In this document: one piece after another, positions 1-12,640 of the stretch
Layout: each line of letters starts with the position of its first letter
Position numbering within the stretch: position 1 is the first letter of the stretch
Source: Camelus dromedarius
Lineage: Eukaryota
DNA: 64,000 nt
Direction: 5' to 3'
Assembly (NCBI RefSeq): GCF_036321535.1
Contig: NC_087437.1
Location: 15,564,001-15,628,000 of the forward strand
Made by a program: the position numbers and the translations under genes
Notes under the pieces: generated by a model
The model's input: the letters and a program-made list of their open reading frames with translations, nothing else
The model's database searches: none
What the model was told of the DNA's origin: nothing

Positions 1-3000
1 TGATCCATTGGTTGTTTAGTAGCATATTGTTTAGCACCTTGTATTTGTGGTTTTTTGCAGTGTTTTCTCTTGTAGTTGATCTCTAGTCTCATAGTGTTGT
101 GGTCGGAAAAGATGCTTGATATGATTTCAGTTTTCTTAAATCTACCCAGTTGTGGTTTGTGGCCCAGCATGTGATCTGCTGTGGAGAATGGTCCATGTGC
201 ACTTGAAAAGAATGTGTATTCTGTTGCTTCCAGGTGGAATGCTGTCTATATATCAGTGAAGTCTATTTGGTCTGTTTGTTATTTAAGGCCTGAGGTTCCT
301 TATTTTCTGTCTAGATGATTTGTCCATTGATGTAAGTGGGGTGTTAAAGTCCTCACTATTGTGTTACTGTCAATTTCTCCTTTAATGTCTGTTAATATTT
401 GCCTTATATATTAAGGTGCTCCTATGTTGGGTGTATATATTTGCCATTGTTATCTTATTTTTGGATTGATCCCTGGATCATTATATAGTGTCCTTTGTCT
501 CTTGTAACAGTCTTCATTTTAGAGTCTGTTTTGTCTAAGTGTTGATACTCTTGCTTTCTTTTGATTTCCATTTGCCTGTAATACCTTTTCCATCCCCTCA
601 CTTTCAGTCTGTATGTGTTTCTAGATCTGAAGTGAGTCTCTTGTAGGCAGCATATATATGGGTCTTATTATTGTATCCATTCACCCAGTCTGTCTTTTGG
701 TTGGAGCATTTAGTCCATTTACATTTAAGGTAATTATCAGTATGTATGTTCTTATTGCCACTTTGAATTGTTTTGGTTTTGTTTTGTGTAGGTCTTTCCA
801 CCCCTTCCCCCACTTTTTCTTTTATTCTCTTTTCTTGTGATTTGATGACTTTCTTTAGCATTATGTTTGGATTCCTTTTTCTTTTTTATGTGTATGTCTG
901 CTCTAGATTTTTGATTTGTGGTTACCATGAGGCTTTTATATAGCAGTCTGTGTATGTGATTCTTTTAAGTTGCTGATCTCTTAATTTCAAGTGCATTTTT
1001 AAAACCTTGTATTTGTACTCTTGTCCCTTCACGATTACTGTTTTTGATATCATATTTTACATCTAATTGTTTTGTGTATCCCTTAACTGCTTATTGTGGG
1101 TATAGATGACTTTACTACTTTTTGTCTTTTTACCTCCCTACTAGCTTTGTAAGTGATTTCCTACCTTTACTGTATCTTTGCCTTTACCAGTGAGCTTTTT
1201 CATTTCATAATTTTCTTGTTTCCAGTTATGGTTTTTTTCTTTTCTACTTGGAGAAGGTCCTTTAACATTTGTTGTACAGCTGGCTTGGTGGTGCTATAAT
1301 CTTTTAGCTTTTGCTTGTCTCTAAAGCTTTTGATTTCTCCATCAAATCTGAATGAGAGCCTTGCTGAGTAGAGTATCCTTGGTTGTAGGTTTTTCCCTTT
1401 CATCACCTTAAATATATCATGCCGCTCCCTTCCAGCCTGCAGAGTTTTTGCTGGTAGCCTTGTGGGAGTTCCCTTGTATGGTACTTGTTGCTCTTCCCTT
1501 GCTACTTTTAATATGCTCTCTTTATCTTTAATTTTTGTCATTTTGATTACATTGTGTCTTGGTGTGGTCCTCTTTGGGTTGATCCTATTTGGGACTGTCT
1601 GCCCTTCCTGGGCTTAGCTGGATTTTTTCTTCCCCAGGTTAGGGATGTTTTCAGCTTTTATGTTCTTAAATATGTTCTCAGGCCCTTTCCCTCTCTTTTC
1701 TTCTCCTGAGACCCCTATAATGTGAGTATTAGTGAGCTTGATGCCATCCCAGGGGTCTCTTAAATTGTCCTCATTTTTTTTCGTTCTTTTTTTTTTTCTT
1801 TTTTCTGTTCAGCAGCAGTGATTTCCACTACTCTTTTTTCCAGCTCACTGATCTGTTTCTCTGTATCATTTATTCTACTGTTGATTCCTTCTAGTGATTT
1901 TTCATTTCAGTTATTTTATTTGTCTCTTTTTAATTGTTCTTTATATTTTCTAACTCTTTGTTTACAACTTCTAATTTTTTGCCCTATGCATCCATTCTTC
2001 TCCCAAGTTCTTTGATCATCTTCATCATCATTACTCTGAAATCTTTCTTTGGTAGATTGCCTGTTTCCACTTCACTTAATTCTTCTGCTGGGTTTGATCT
2101 TGTTCCTTCATCTAGAACATGTTCCTCTGCCACCTCATTTTGTCTAAGTTGCTATTTGTATTTTTACATATGTGGTAGGTTAGTTACATTTCTCAACCTT
2201 TGAGAAATGGCCTCCTGTAGGATCGTCCTGTGCATCCCTGCAGTATATTCCCCTTTCATTACCCAAGGTATATGCTCTAGATGTTCCCCCTAAGAGTGCC
2301 GCATGGGTCCTTCTGTTGTGGTGGGCTGTGTGGGTGTCCTGGTAGGCTTGTCTGGCCCCTAGCCCAGTAGGTTGCTAGGCCCTACCTTGTACAGATGTTG
2401 TGGTCTGCTGTTTAGTGGGGCCTGGTCACAAGGCGGCTGGCTCCAGAACCCTAGGGGGCCCCTGGGCTAGTACTGGCTCACTGGTGGGCCAAGTCAGGGT
2501 CCCAGAGGCTCTGGGGCTGTTGCCTGCCCACTGGTGGGTGTAGCCAGGTCCTTGGGTTAGTGCTGGACTACTGGCAGGCAGAGCTGGTTCCTGAAATCTG
2601 GCTACAGGACCCAGGGATCCCAGAGCTCATTTCAGATAATTGTTTGGGGTGGCTGGTTCCTCACACAGTTGGGTATGTTGTTTGGGGTGTCCTGAGGCTT
2701 GCATTGGCCTGCTAGCATACAGGGCCAGGGACAGTTGTTCTCAGGGTAGAGTCTGGCCTACTGTGAGGGGGCTGGGTCTGCAGGCTATTAGTATTCTTAC
2801 TAATGTGGTATCGTAGTATTCTGGGGTCTGGTGCCTGTCCGCTGATGGTGGGTGAGGTTGGTCTAGAGGCTAATGCATGCTTACTGGAGGGCAAGGCCAG
2901 TTTCTGCCCTCTGGTGGGCAGAGCCGTGTGTCTAGGGGCATATCTAGAGGTGGCCATGGACTCAGGAAGTCTTTAGGCAGCCTGTCTGCTGATGAGTGGG

Positions 3001-3716
3001 GCTGTGTCCCCACCCAGTTGTTTGGCCTGAGGCATCCCAGCACTGGTGCCTACAGACTACTGGGGAGGTCAGGTCTTGGTGCTAAGGAGCCAAGATGTCA
3101 GCCACCAGCAGCAGTGTTCACATAATAGAATGTGTTCCCAATTATGGCTGATACCAGTGTCTGTGTCCCCAGGATGAGCTGCAGTTGTCCCCCACCTCTC
3201 CAGGAGACTTTCCAAGACCAGCAGGTAGGTTGGCCCAGGCTTCTATCAAATAACTGCTTTTACCGTGGGTCCCCGGTGTGTGTAAGATTTTGTGTACACC
3301 CTTTAAGGGTAAAGTTTGCTGTTTCCTGCATTTCTGTGGGGCTTCTGGAATTAAGCCCCACTGGCTTTCAAAGCCAAATACTCTGAGGGATCATCTTCCC
3401 AGTGCAGGATCCCTGGGCTGTGGAGCCTGACTTGGGGCTCAGAACTCTCACTTCTGTGGGAGAACCCTTGTGTTATAATTATTTTCCAGCTTGTGGGTTC
3501 TCCACCCAGGGGTATAGGACTTGATTATATTGTGAGTCCACCCCTCTTAGCCCTCTTATTGTGGTTCCTTCTTTATGTCTTTAGTTGTAGAAGATCTTTT
3601 CTGGTAATTCCAGTCTCTTTCATCAGTGGTTCTTCTGCAGATAGTTGTGATTTTGGTGTGCTCATGAGAGGAGGTGAGCTCAGGGTCTTTCCATTCCACC
3701 ATCTTGGCTCTTCACC
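1..3716 (-). mobile_element. LINE-1 5' portion (5'UTR, ORF1, inter-ORF spacer, start of ORF2 endonuclease), decayed; continues beyond the left edge
   Basis: ORF 1200..1541 is the L1 ORF1p C-terminus (KGKNLQPRILYSARLSFRFDGEIKSF). ORF1 ATG is at about 2138 and is followed by an early TAG. The ORF2 start is decayed to GTG at about 761, followed by ITLNVNGLNAP. The 5' end at about 3716 carries a YY1-like CAAGATGG. Confidence 0.9.
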
Positions 3717-4400
3717 TTTGCATTTCTTTAATTATGACTGAGATTGAGAATTTTGTCATCTACTTATGGCCATTTTCATTTTTTTCTGTATATTTGTCCT
3801 TTGCTCATTTTTTAAAGGATATTGATGTTTTACTGTTTTGAAAGAACTCTTCATGCATTAAATATATTAACTCTTTGATTTTTTTTTTAAATTGTGTGGT
3901 TTTCCAGTGTACCTTAATTTTGCCCAGTAATTTTTATGGAAATACAGTTGTTTTATAAACATTTAGAATTGCTTAATTCTATTACTTTTTTCTTTAAGGT
4001 TTTTATCTTTGATGTCATTCTGTAAAACCTTACCTAAGCCAAAATTTTTTCTAATGCTTTGTAATTTTTTTATGAATTTGATATGAAAATTTTTTTGATG
4101 TAAGGTATTTAATAGGGGGTCTAAATTTGTTTTTTTCCCAAATGGTTAACCACATAATTTATTGACTGCTACATTTTGAGAACTTTACAGAATGATTCTA
4201 AAATTCATATGGAAGAATAAATGAATACTACTAGGCAACATTTTTTAAAAGAAGAGGAAGGGTAATGTTTATTCCATCAAAATTAAAATGTATTAAATTG
4301 AAAAATACAGCTGTTAAACACCATGATATTATTAGATGCAATGACAAAATGATGGTTATATAAGCATCAGAAAAGATAAGTATAGGCACTAAAACAAACG
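3717..4400. mobile_element. Old, highly diverged L1 (L1ME-like) fragments
   Basis: Degenerate L1 ORF2/3' motifs on both strands (gcatttctttaattatgactgag; attctaaaattcatatggaagaataaa). Confidence 0.5.
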
Positions 4401-4899
4401 TCATTTCTGTTTAGAAGGCAGGGAATCACCTGCTACTTTCCCTCCTGTCCAAATAACAAGAGTGAAAAGGAAACATTCAGGGACATAATAAGTCAGCACT
4501 GGCTGTAAAATGTTTAGCTGGTAAGTGGATTATGGAAAAGTAGAGGTTGTATTAAATATGTTTTCCTTTAGAACTATTTAGATGAGCTATATATGATATT
4601 GTTCAAGTTAGTTTTAAATCCACTGTTTTCTCTCTCTCTATATATATATGTTTAAGTATGTATTTTATTTTTAAAAGCATCATTTTCCTTTTGAAGAAAA
4701 GATGATTCTAACTTCAGTGTTAATCTGTTGTCTTGGTAGAATTATCACAGAGTCAATTGAATTGGCTTAGACCTACTGTTGAAAAGTTTATGATGACACA
4801 GACACAACAGTGATAAGAGGATCTTACTGGGAGCTGTACTCTGAATGGGCTGGCTCTTCAAGTGGCTACTTAGTGGAAATGCTGCAGGGCTGTGGCCAG

Positions 4900-6000
4900 C
4901 ACATAAACAGTCTAAGCTTACACTTAAAGGAACTAGAGAAAGGAGAATAAATATAGCTCAAAGTTAATAGAGGGAAGAAAATAATAAAAATCAGACCAGA
5001 AATAAATGAAATAGAGGCTAAGAAGACAGTCGAAAAGATCAATGAAACTAAGAACTGGTACTATGAAAAGATAACTTGATAAACCTTTAGCCTGATTCAT
5101 CAATAGAAAAAGAAAGGTGCAAATAAATAAAATCAGAAATGAAAGGGGTTACAACAGACCCCACGAAAATACAAAGGATCATAAGAGACTGCTGTGAACA
5201 ATTATGTGCCAACAAATTGGAAAACCTAGAAGAAATGGATAAATTCCTAGAAAATTTCAATCTTATAGGGATGAATCAGGAAGAAAATAGAAAATCTGAA
5301 TAAATCAATCACTAGTAATGAAATTGGATCAGTAATCAAAAAACTAACAAAAGTCTAGGACTTTCGAAAGTAAATTATACTAAACATTTAAATAAGAGTT
5401 AATACCCATCCTTCTCAAATTGTTCCAAAAAAATTGAAGAGAAAGTGTTCCTACACTTCCTAACTCTTCTACAAGACCAGCATTACACTGATACAAAACC
5501 AAATGAAGACACAACAAACAGAAAATTACAGGCCAATATCCCTGATGAACGTATATTCAAAGGTCCTCAACAAAATATTATTAAATCAAATTCAATAATA
5601 CATTAAAGGGATCATATACCATAATCAGGTGGGATTTATTTCATAGATACAAGGATAGGTCAATATCTATAAGTCAATCAACATGATACACCACATTAAC
5701 AAAACAAGTGAGAAAGTCATATGATCATCTCAATAGATGGAGAAAAAGTATTTGACGACATACAGTAATGATAAGAACTCACAAGAAAGTAGGTGTAGAG
5801 AGGGCATATATACCTCAATATAATCAAGGCCATATATATGATAAACCCATAGCTAGCATAGTACTCAACTGTGAAAAGCTGAAAGCTTTTCCTCTAAGAT
5901 CAGGAACAAGACAAGGATTCCCACCCTCACCACTTTTATTCAACATAGTATTGGAAGTCCTAGCAGCATAGCAGTCAGCCAAAGAAAAGAGATTAAAGAC
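4900..6000 (+). mobile_element. L1 ORF2 fragment (pre-RT and RT region), decayed
   Basis: Translates in part to [43 protein letters not shown] and to NYRPISLMN at about 5525; frameshifts and stops are present. Confidence 0.9.
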
Positions 6001-6007
6001 GTATGAA

Positions 6008-6210
6008 GGGGCGAGGGTATAGCTCAATCGGTAGAGTGTATGCTTAGCATGCTTGAGGTCCTGGGTTCTATCCCCAGCACCTCCGTTTAAATAAATAAAT
6101 AAACCTAATTACCCCCCAAAACAAAATTTAAAACAATCAGAATTTTAAAAAGACAAAGCTAAATAGCTTTGATAAAAAAATTTTTTAAAGTATAAAGGAA
6201 AAAAAATAAA
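6008..6210 (+). mobile_element. tRNA-Ala-derived SINE (camelid vic-1-like)
   Basis: Head GGGTATAGCTCAATCGGTAGAG...GGTCCTGGGTTCTATCCCCAGCACCTCC with A/B boxes, then (TAAA)n-CCTAATTACC and an A-rich tail. The same body recurs at 15809, 23185 and 47513. Confidence 0.85.
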
Positions 6211-7834
6211 AGAAGGCTACGTTCTTGATATTTCAATACTAAGATGTTGGTTAGTTTTTAAATATCAAACCTTGACTCACTGGTTAAACTGTAGCTTAGT
6301 TACAGTATAACTTCAACATGAGTTTACTTTAAGATCACAGACTTGAACTGAAGAGTATTAAATAGCTGTTACTGGGTTAGAAAGACAATGCTAGTGTTTG
6401 GCAGTTACGTATTGTCTTTCATCCTGCGTGTCTAATTGGACAGTGGTGTTCTGGCTGTGTGCTGACAAGCCCCAGGGCTGCTGTGCGGTTTGAGGTAGGG
6501 TTCAGGAGGTTTAGCAGGCCAGCCTCCGGCATCTTTCTTATCACCCTCACCAGTGTCTTCCCTTGTTTATTCTGTATAGAATTCTGTGTAAGATTTCCCC
6601 TTGGCGGGTAGTTTACATTGTATTTTAAAAGTTCAGAAACAGTTTTATCTTGGCAGTTATTATCTAAACCTATTTGGTGTTCTTTTTTCACACTATTGTA
6701 GGAAATCTGGTGAAAATTTTTGTTTTGGTTCTTAACACAGGAATCTTGGATCTGTAATTTATATAAACACTGTTTGTCTGCCTCTTTGCCTTTTTCCTCC
6801 CACCCTCTAGCTTATGGGCATATTGAGCATCTACTTTATGTGACCACAGTATAGGATTTTGGCCTGTGCTATATATAATAAAATCTTTAAATCCACAACA
6901 GATAGATTCCCCAGAGACAGTTCTGCGTAAATTTCTTAAATAAAATTGTACTTTACCTTTTAAAAATATTTAGAATAAGGGAAGTTTTACTTAAATGATT
7001 TACTTCTGTCTTCAGTGTAAAGATGAAGTACCTATCAAGATGCTGGATTAAAACTAGAAAGTTGGGAGCTAAAAACCAATATCGGTGGAATATATAGCCT
7101 AGAAATTAGATCTGAGTCTGTGGCTAAAGTGGTTTTATTGGCGTGGACTTTGGTAGATAAGAGTCATAGAAAGAAACTAATTTGAGATGCACTGTATTTC
7201 ACTATATTTAGTTAAGTCTTTTAGCTCAGAGAATGTCTTAAAAAGGATGAGGAAACAAATCCTTCCTCCCCTCCAAGCACCTTTTTCCGGAAAGAACAAA
7301 ATTCTACAATTCTCTTCTCCCCACTCCTTTCCCCTGGCAATTTAAACATTTTGTGGTCAATTTGAATCATTGGAATATGTGTGTTTGTAAAGAAAAGAAT
7401 GTTAAAGCAGAATAATTAACTACATGCAGCATGTTCTGGGCTGGGGAGAGAGGAAAATTTGGCCTGGAAATTTAAGAGTTTTAATGACTTTAAAAAATTT
7501 TTTAATTTCTGTACTTTTGTGAGAAATAAAACAATGCAGTATAGTTCCTATTTCCTATGCTTTAAATAGGAGATAAGTCCATTTTTCCTATGTGAAACTC
7601 ATGGATATAGTTAAACTTCTACAGTAGGTAGAACAGTGTAGCTGTCTTTTCAGTAGGTTGGCAACATCTCTTCTCTTGAAAGATCTGTTACTTTTTTAAT
7701 TCTTTCTTACTCCTTTTTCTCAAGATATTTATTTTATATATATATACATACATATATTTACACACACATATATATTTAAAATGAAGGTATATATTTTGAT
7801 AAAATAAAAATGTATTTTAATTACATATATATAA

Positions 7835-10150
7835 AGACTTTAGTTTTTAGAGCAGTTTTAGGTTTACAATAAAATTGAGAGGGAGATACAGAGATTTCAG
7901 GTATACTCCCACACATGCATAGCCTCTCCCATTATCAACATCACTCCCAGAATGGTACATTTATTACTATGGATGAACCTACGTTGACACATCATAACTA
8001 CCCAAAGTCCATAGTGTACTTTAGGGTTCACTCTTGGAGCTGTACAGTTTATGAGTTTGGACAAATATGTAATGACACATCCATCATTATAATATACAGA
8101 TTATTTTCACTGCCATAAATTTCCTCTGTGCCCTGCTTATTCATCTCTCCCTTGCCTCCCCTCCCCATAATCACTGATCTTTTTATTTTCTCTATAGTCT
8201 TACCTTTTCTAAAATGTCATATAGTTGACATCATATAGTATATAGCCTTTTCAGACTGGTTTCTTTCACTTAGCAATGTGAGTTTAAGACTCCTCCATGT
8301 TTTTTCATGGCTTGATAGCTTATTCCTTTTTAGCACTGAGTAATATTCCATTGGCTGGATATACCACATTTTATTTATCCACTCACCTGTTAAATCTAGG
8401 TTGCTTCCAAGTTTTGGTAGTTATGAATATACTGCTTTAAACATCTATGTGCAGGTTTTTATGTGGACATACATTTTCAACTCCTTTGGGTAAATGCCAG
8501 GAAGCACAAGTGCTGGATTATATGGTAAGAATATGTTAAGTTTTATAAGAAAACAACAAACTGTCTTCCAAAATGTCTATAACATTTTGCATTCCCACCA
8601 GCAATGTATAAGAGTTGCTCCACATCCTTGCCAGCGTTTGTGTTACCAGTGTTCCAGATTTTGACCATTCTAATAGGTTTTTGTTTTAATTTGCATTTCC
8701 ATGATGACATATGATGTAGATCATCTTTTCTTATGTTTATTTTCCACTGTGTATCTTCTTTAGTGAGATGCCTGTTCAGATCTTTGGCCCATTTTTTACT
8801 GGTCTTGTTGATTTTCTTACTGTTGAATTTTAAGAGTTCTTCTTGTATTTTGTGTAACAGTATCAGATGTGTCTTGCAGATATATTTTGTCCCACTCTGT
8901 GGCTTATCTTCTCATCCTCTTGACATTGTCTTCCACAGAGCAAAAGTTTTTAACTTTTAATGAATTTCAGTTTATCAGTTATTTCTTTTAGGGCTCGTGT
9001 CTTTGGTGTTGTATCTCCAAAGGTATCACTATATCCAAAGTCATCTAAGTTTTCTCCTGTGTTACCTTCTAAGAGGTTTTTAGTTTTGCATTTTACATTT
9101 AGATTTATAATCCATTTTGAGTTAATTTTTGTGAAGGATGTAAGGCCTTTGTCTGGATTCATTTTTTTTTTTTTTTTTGCATGTGGATGTCTAGTTTTTC
9201 CAGCACCATTTGTTGAAGAGACTGTCATTGCTCCATTGTATTGCCTTTGTTCCTTTATCAAAGATCAGTTGATTATATTTATAAAGGTCTATTTCTGGGC
9301 TCTATATTCTGTTCTATTAATCTGTCTATTCTTTTGCCAGTGTTACACTGTCTTGATTATTGTAGCTTTACAGTGAATCTTAAAGTTAGGTAACATCAGT
9401 CATCCAACTTTGTTCTTCTTCAACATTGTATTGGCTATTCTGAGTGTTCACTTCTCCATATGAACTTTAGAATCAGTTTGTTGACATCCACAAAATAACT
9501 TGCTGATATTTTAATTGGGATTATGTTGAATCCATAAATATTGGGAAGAACCAACATTTTGACAATATTGAGCCTTCCTTTCCATGAACATGGAATAGCT
9601 CTTCATTTATTTAGTTATTCTTTGTTTTCATTCATTAGAGTTTTATAGTTTTTCTTATATAGATTTTGTACATATTTTATTAGATTTATACTTAAGTATT
9701 TAATTTCCTTAGGTATGACTATAAATAGTATTGCTTTTAATTTAAATTCCACATGTTCATTGTTGGTATATAGTGATCGACTTTTATATGTTAACATATA
9801 TCCCACAGCCTGGCTGTAATTGCTTATTAACTGAAGGAGATTCTTTTTTTAGGTTGATTCAGGTTTTCTACATAGATGATCATGTCATCTGTGAACACCG
9901 ACAGTTTTGTGTCTTCTTTCCTGATCTGTATTCCTTTTATTTCCTTTTTTTGCCTTAACAAGGACATCCAGTATGATACTGAAAAGGAGTGTTATGAGGG
10001 GACATCTTTGCCTTGTACCTGATCTTGGTGGGAAAGTGCTGAGTTTCCCACCATTAAGTATAACGTTAGCTCTCTGGTTTCTGTAGATAGTCTTTATCAA
10101 GTTGAGAAAGTTCCCCTCTGTTCCCATTTTTAATCATGAGAATTTTTTTT
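7835..10150 (-). mobile_element. 5'-truncated older L1 (L1MC-like 3' end plus ORF2 C-terminal half)
   Basis: 3' end motif ttagagcagttttaggtttacaa. ORF2-like translations at 8950-9261 (TKINSKWIINLNVK) and 9885-10127 (FPPRSGTRQRCPL). Confidence 0.85.
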
Positions 10151-10298
10151 TTTATCATGAATGGGTCATTGTATATTTCTAAGGAGCTAATGCTCTATGT
10201 TTTTATGGAAGTAAAACCTAGTTTCATTTTAGTCTTCCTTATTCATTGATTATTCTTTTACCTTTAAACTTTTACCAATTGGTAATGTGTGTTTCTAG

Positions 10299-10532
10299 GC
10301 TCAGCTTGCCAATCGGAAACAAAAATTAGAGTCTGTGGAGCTGTCCAGCCAGTCTGAAATTCAGCACCTGAGCAGTAAGCTGGAGCGGGCCAACGACACT
10401 ATTTGTGCCAATGAGTTGGAGATAGAGCGCCTCACCATGAGGGTCAATGACTTGGTTGGAACCAATATGGCTGTCATGCAAGAGCAGAGGCAGAAAGAAG
10501 AAAGGTTGAGGGAATCTGAAAAACTGTTAGAG
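10299..10532 (+). CDS. CEP63: Centrosomal protein 63, coding exon ([18 protein letters not shown]...RESEKLLE), 234 nt, phase 0-0
   Basis: Boundaries ttctag|GCT and GAG|gtatgc. Coiled-coil peptide recognised as CEP63. Confidence 0.95.
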
Positions 10533-10814
10533 GTATGCTTTTAAATTGTAATTTACTATAACTGAGGAAATGTGTGGATGTGTGTTTTAAAATAAACTAA
10601 TTGACCTAGAACCAGATTTCAAAATCTGTGGTTTCTTCCCTGCTCTGTAACTGATAGATCTGATACTGATATTAATAACAGAATCTAATATTAATAACAG
10701 GCCTTATTAATCTTGTGCCTGTTATGTAGCTTATGGTCTGACTCCCTGGCTTCCTTTTCTTATAAAATAGAAAAATTGTAATAACATCTGACTTTTTTCT
10801 GAGTATTTTTACAG

Positions 10815-10954
10815 GTTCTGCAAGAAGAAAAGAGAGAATTGAAGGCAGCTCTTCAGACTCAAGAAAATTTCATTCATGAGGCAAGAATACAAAAGGAGAA
10901 GCTACAAGCAAAATTAAAGGCAACTGACAGTCAACACACAGTAGAGACCATAAG
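10815..10954 (+). CDS. CEP63: CEP63 coding exon ([19 protein letters not shown]...VETI), 140 nt, phase 0-2
   Basis: Boundaries ttacag|GTT and AG|gtatat; in frame with neighbouring exons. Confidence 0.93.
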
Positions 10955-11813
10955 GTATATTTAATCTTAAGTGTGATTAGTCTTAGCCACATGGTGATTT
11001 GGCATTAAGTACCATTTTTAATATTGCATATTCATAATTTTGTGCTTGATCATATTATGGGTTTTCTTACTCAGTTTTAATTGCTGAGTTAAATTTTTAT
11101 AGTGTTAGAAAATACTGTGTGATTTTTTTCTGCCTCCAGTTTGGGTCCCTAACCAGAAGACTGATGTATAGAAAGTTAGAAACCCCTTTGTCAATCTGTA
11201 CCTTTGGTAAAACTCCAAATGTGAAAGGAATTGTAGTCCACGTCTCCTGGGAGGCCTCCCTTCCTTTGTAGACTAGGTCATGATGAATAGTTGCTTATCA
11301 TCAGTATTATCAATAAGCCAGATATTGAGTTAGCCCTTTAAAAGAATTCCTATAACTAACTTTACTTCTGTGTATGAATTGTTGCTATGAGGTTTGTAGT
11401 GGAAAGTAGCAGAAGGAGCTTTCCTCCTTTTGCTTGATTTACGTCTGGTGCACATTTCTGCTCTTGCCAAAACTCTCTTGTAACTTTTCGGTTTCTTTGA
11501 CTCAAGGTATCAAGTGTCAACAGGTGATTTTTGTCATTTTGTCTTTTTCCTTGAAAAACAGGCCACATCCCAGTTGAGAAAGGAGTAAACTGCTGCTGAC
11601 TTGTTTGAAAAGCATTATGTCTCTGCCTCTTTACTCTCCTAGTGGCTTTTAAATGATTGTTTTGTTTTGTTTTTTGTTTTTGTAAGGCAAGAAACAAACA
11701 GAAGAGTTCAAAAGAGTTTGCCCCAAACAGTTGGGCAGTATGAACTGGTTCTGTGTTGGTTTTTGTTTGCAAAGATACAAGGCCCTTAACAGTCCTCCTG
11801 TGTCCTTCCATAG

Positions 11814-11951
11814 GTCACTGGAGGAGTCTCAGGCAGAAAGGAGGTATGCCTCTCAAGGGCAGGGGGACTTGGAGAACGTGCTCTCCCGACTGGACTTTAC
11901 CCATGCCAGTGAAGAGCTTCTGCAGGCAGAGGTGACTCGTCTGGAAGGCAG
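11814..11951 (+). CDS. CEP63: CEP63 coding exon ([10 protein letters not shown]...QAEVTRLEG), 138 nt, symmetric phase 2-2
   Basis: Boundaries ccatag|G and AG|gtagat; frame preserved. Confidence 0.92.
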
Positions 11952-12089
11952 GTAGATGATTATTACATTCATTTCAATAACGTTCAAGTTGTTAAACGTG
12001 ATTTTTGATCATCATATTGATAAAGTAAGCTAATATAGTAAGTGAAAACGTAAGTTTTTCTCTCTAGCATCCACAAATGACCTTATTTC

Positions 12090-12640
12090 ATTGAGAGTAA
12101 AGGAGAGCTTTAATCTCAGTGAAAGGAGAACTTCCACCCTTTTTACCACCAAATCTACCAGCCTGCCTGCATCTGTCTGTGCTTTTAATCTGTTACAGTG
12201 GATGAACTGATGGATGACATATCTGTGCTTCTAATACCCCACTTACGTACTGTTCCTACAGTTTTTCCTTTGTCTTTTGCTTCATCAAGTTCTTCCTCTC
12301 TGCTAAATCATTTCCACTGGTATAAAATATGTTTTAATATTCCTCTTCTTGGGGAAAAAAGTGAAAACCCTTCTTTAATTCAATATCCCTGTCAAGTTAC
12401 CTCCATATTTCTCTGGTCTCCTTCAAGACTAAATTCTTCAAGAGTTGTCTGTATTGACTGTACTCTTTTTAATTTTCTCCTGTGTAGAAGTCCTTCAGTT
12501 AGGCTTTCCCTGCTACCCGCCACCTCACTGGAGCTGTTCTCGGTGGCACTGGACACTCCTTTCTTCTGTCCTGAAATGCTGTTGGTATTTCCTTGAGTGT
12601 TAATTGAATCCTGACTTATGCTACACCATGCCCAGCTCAC
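12090..12640. mobile_element. Degenerate LINE-2-like fragment
   Basis: Pyrimidine-rich L2-like sequence; recognised by eye only. Confidence 0.4.

Noticed and set aside
4790..4844. C/D-box snoRNA-like arrangement (ATGATGA ... CAGA ... GTGATAA ... CTGA)
   Set aside because: Short, with no convincing terminal stem, no room for a D' guide and no recognisable rRNA target; compatible with chance.
6008..6085. Possible tRNA-Ala genes (also at 15900, 22770, 23260 and 47513)
   Set aside because: Broken stems or deletions, shared non-tRNA tails, A-rich ends and TSDs identify them as SINE copies.
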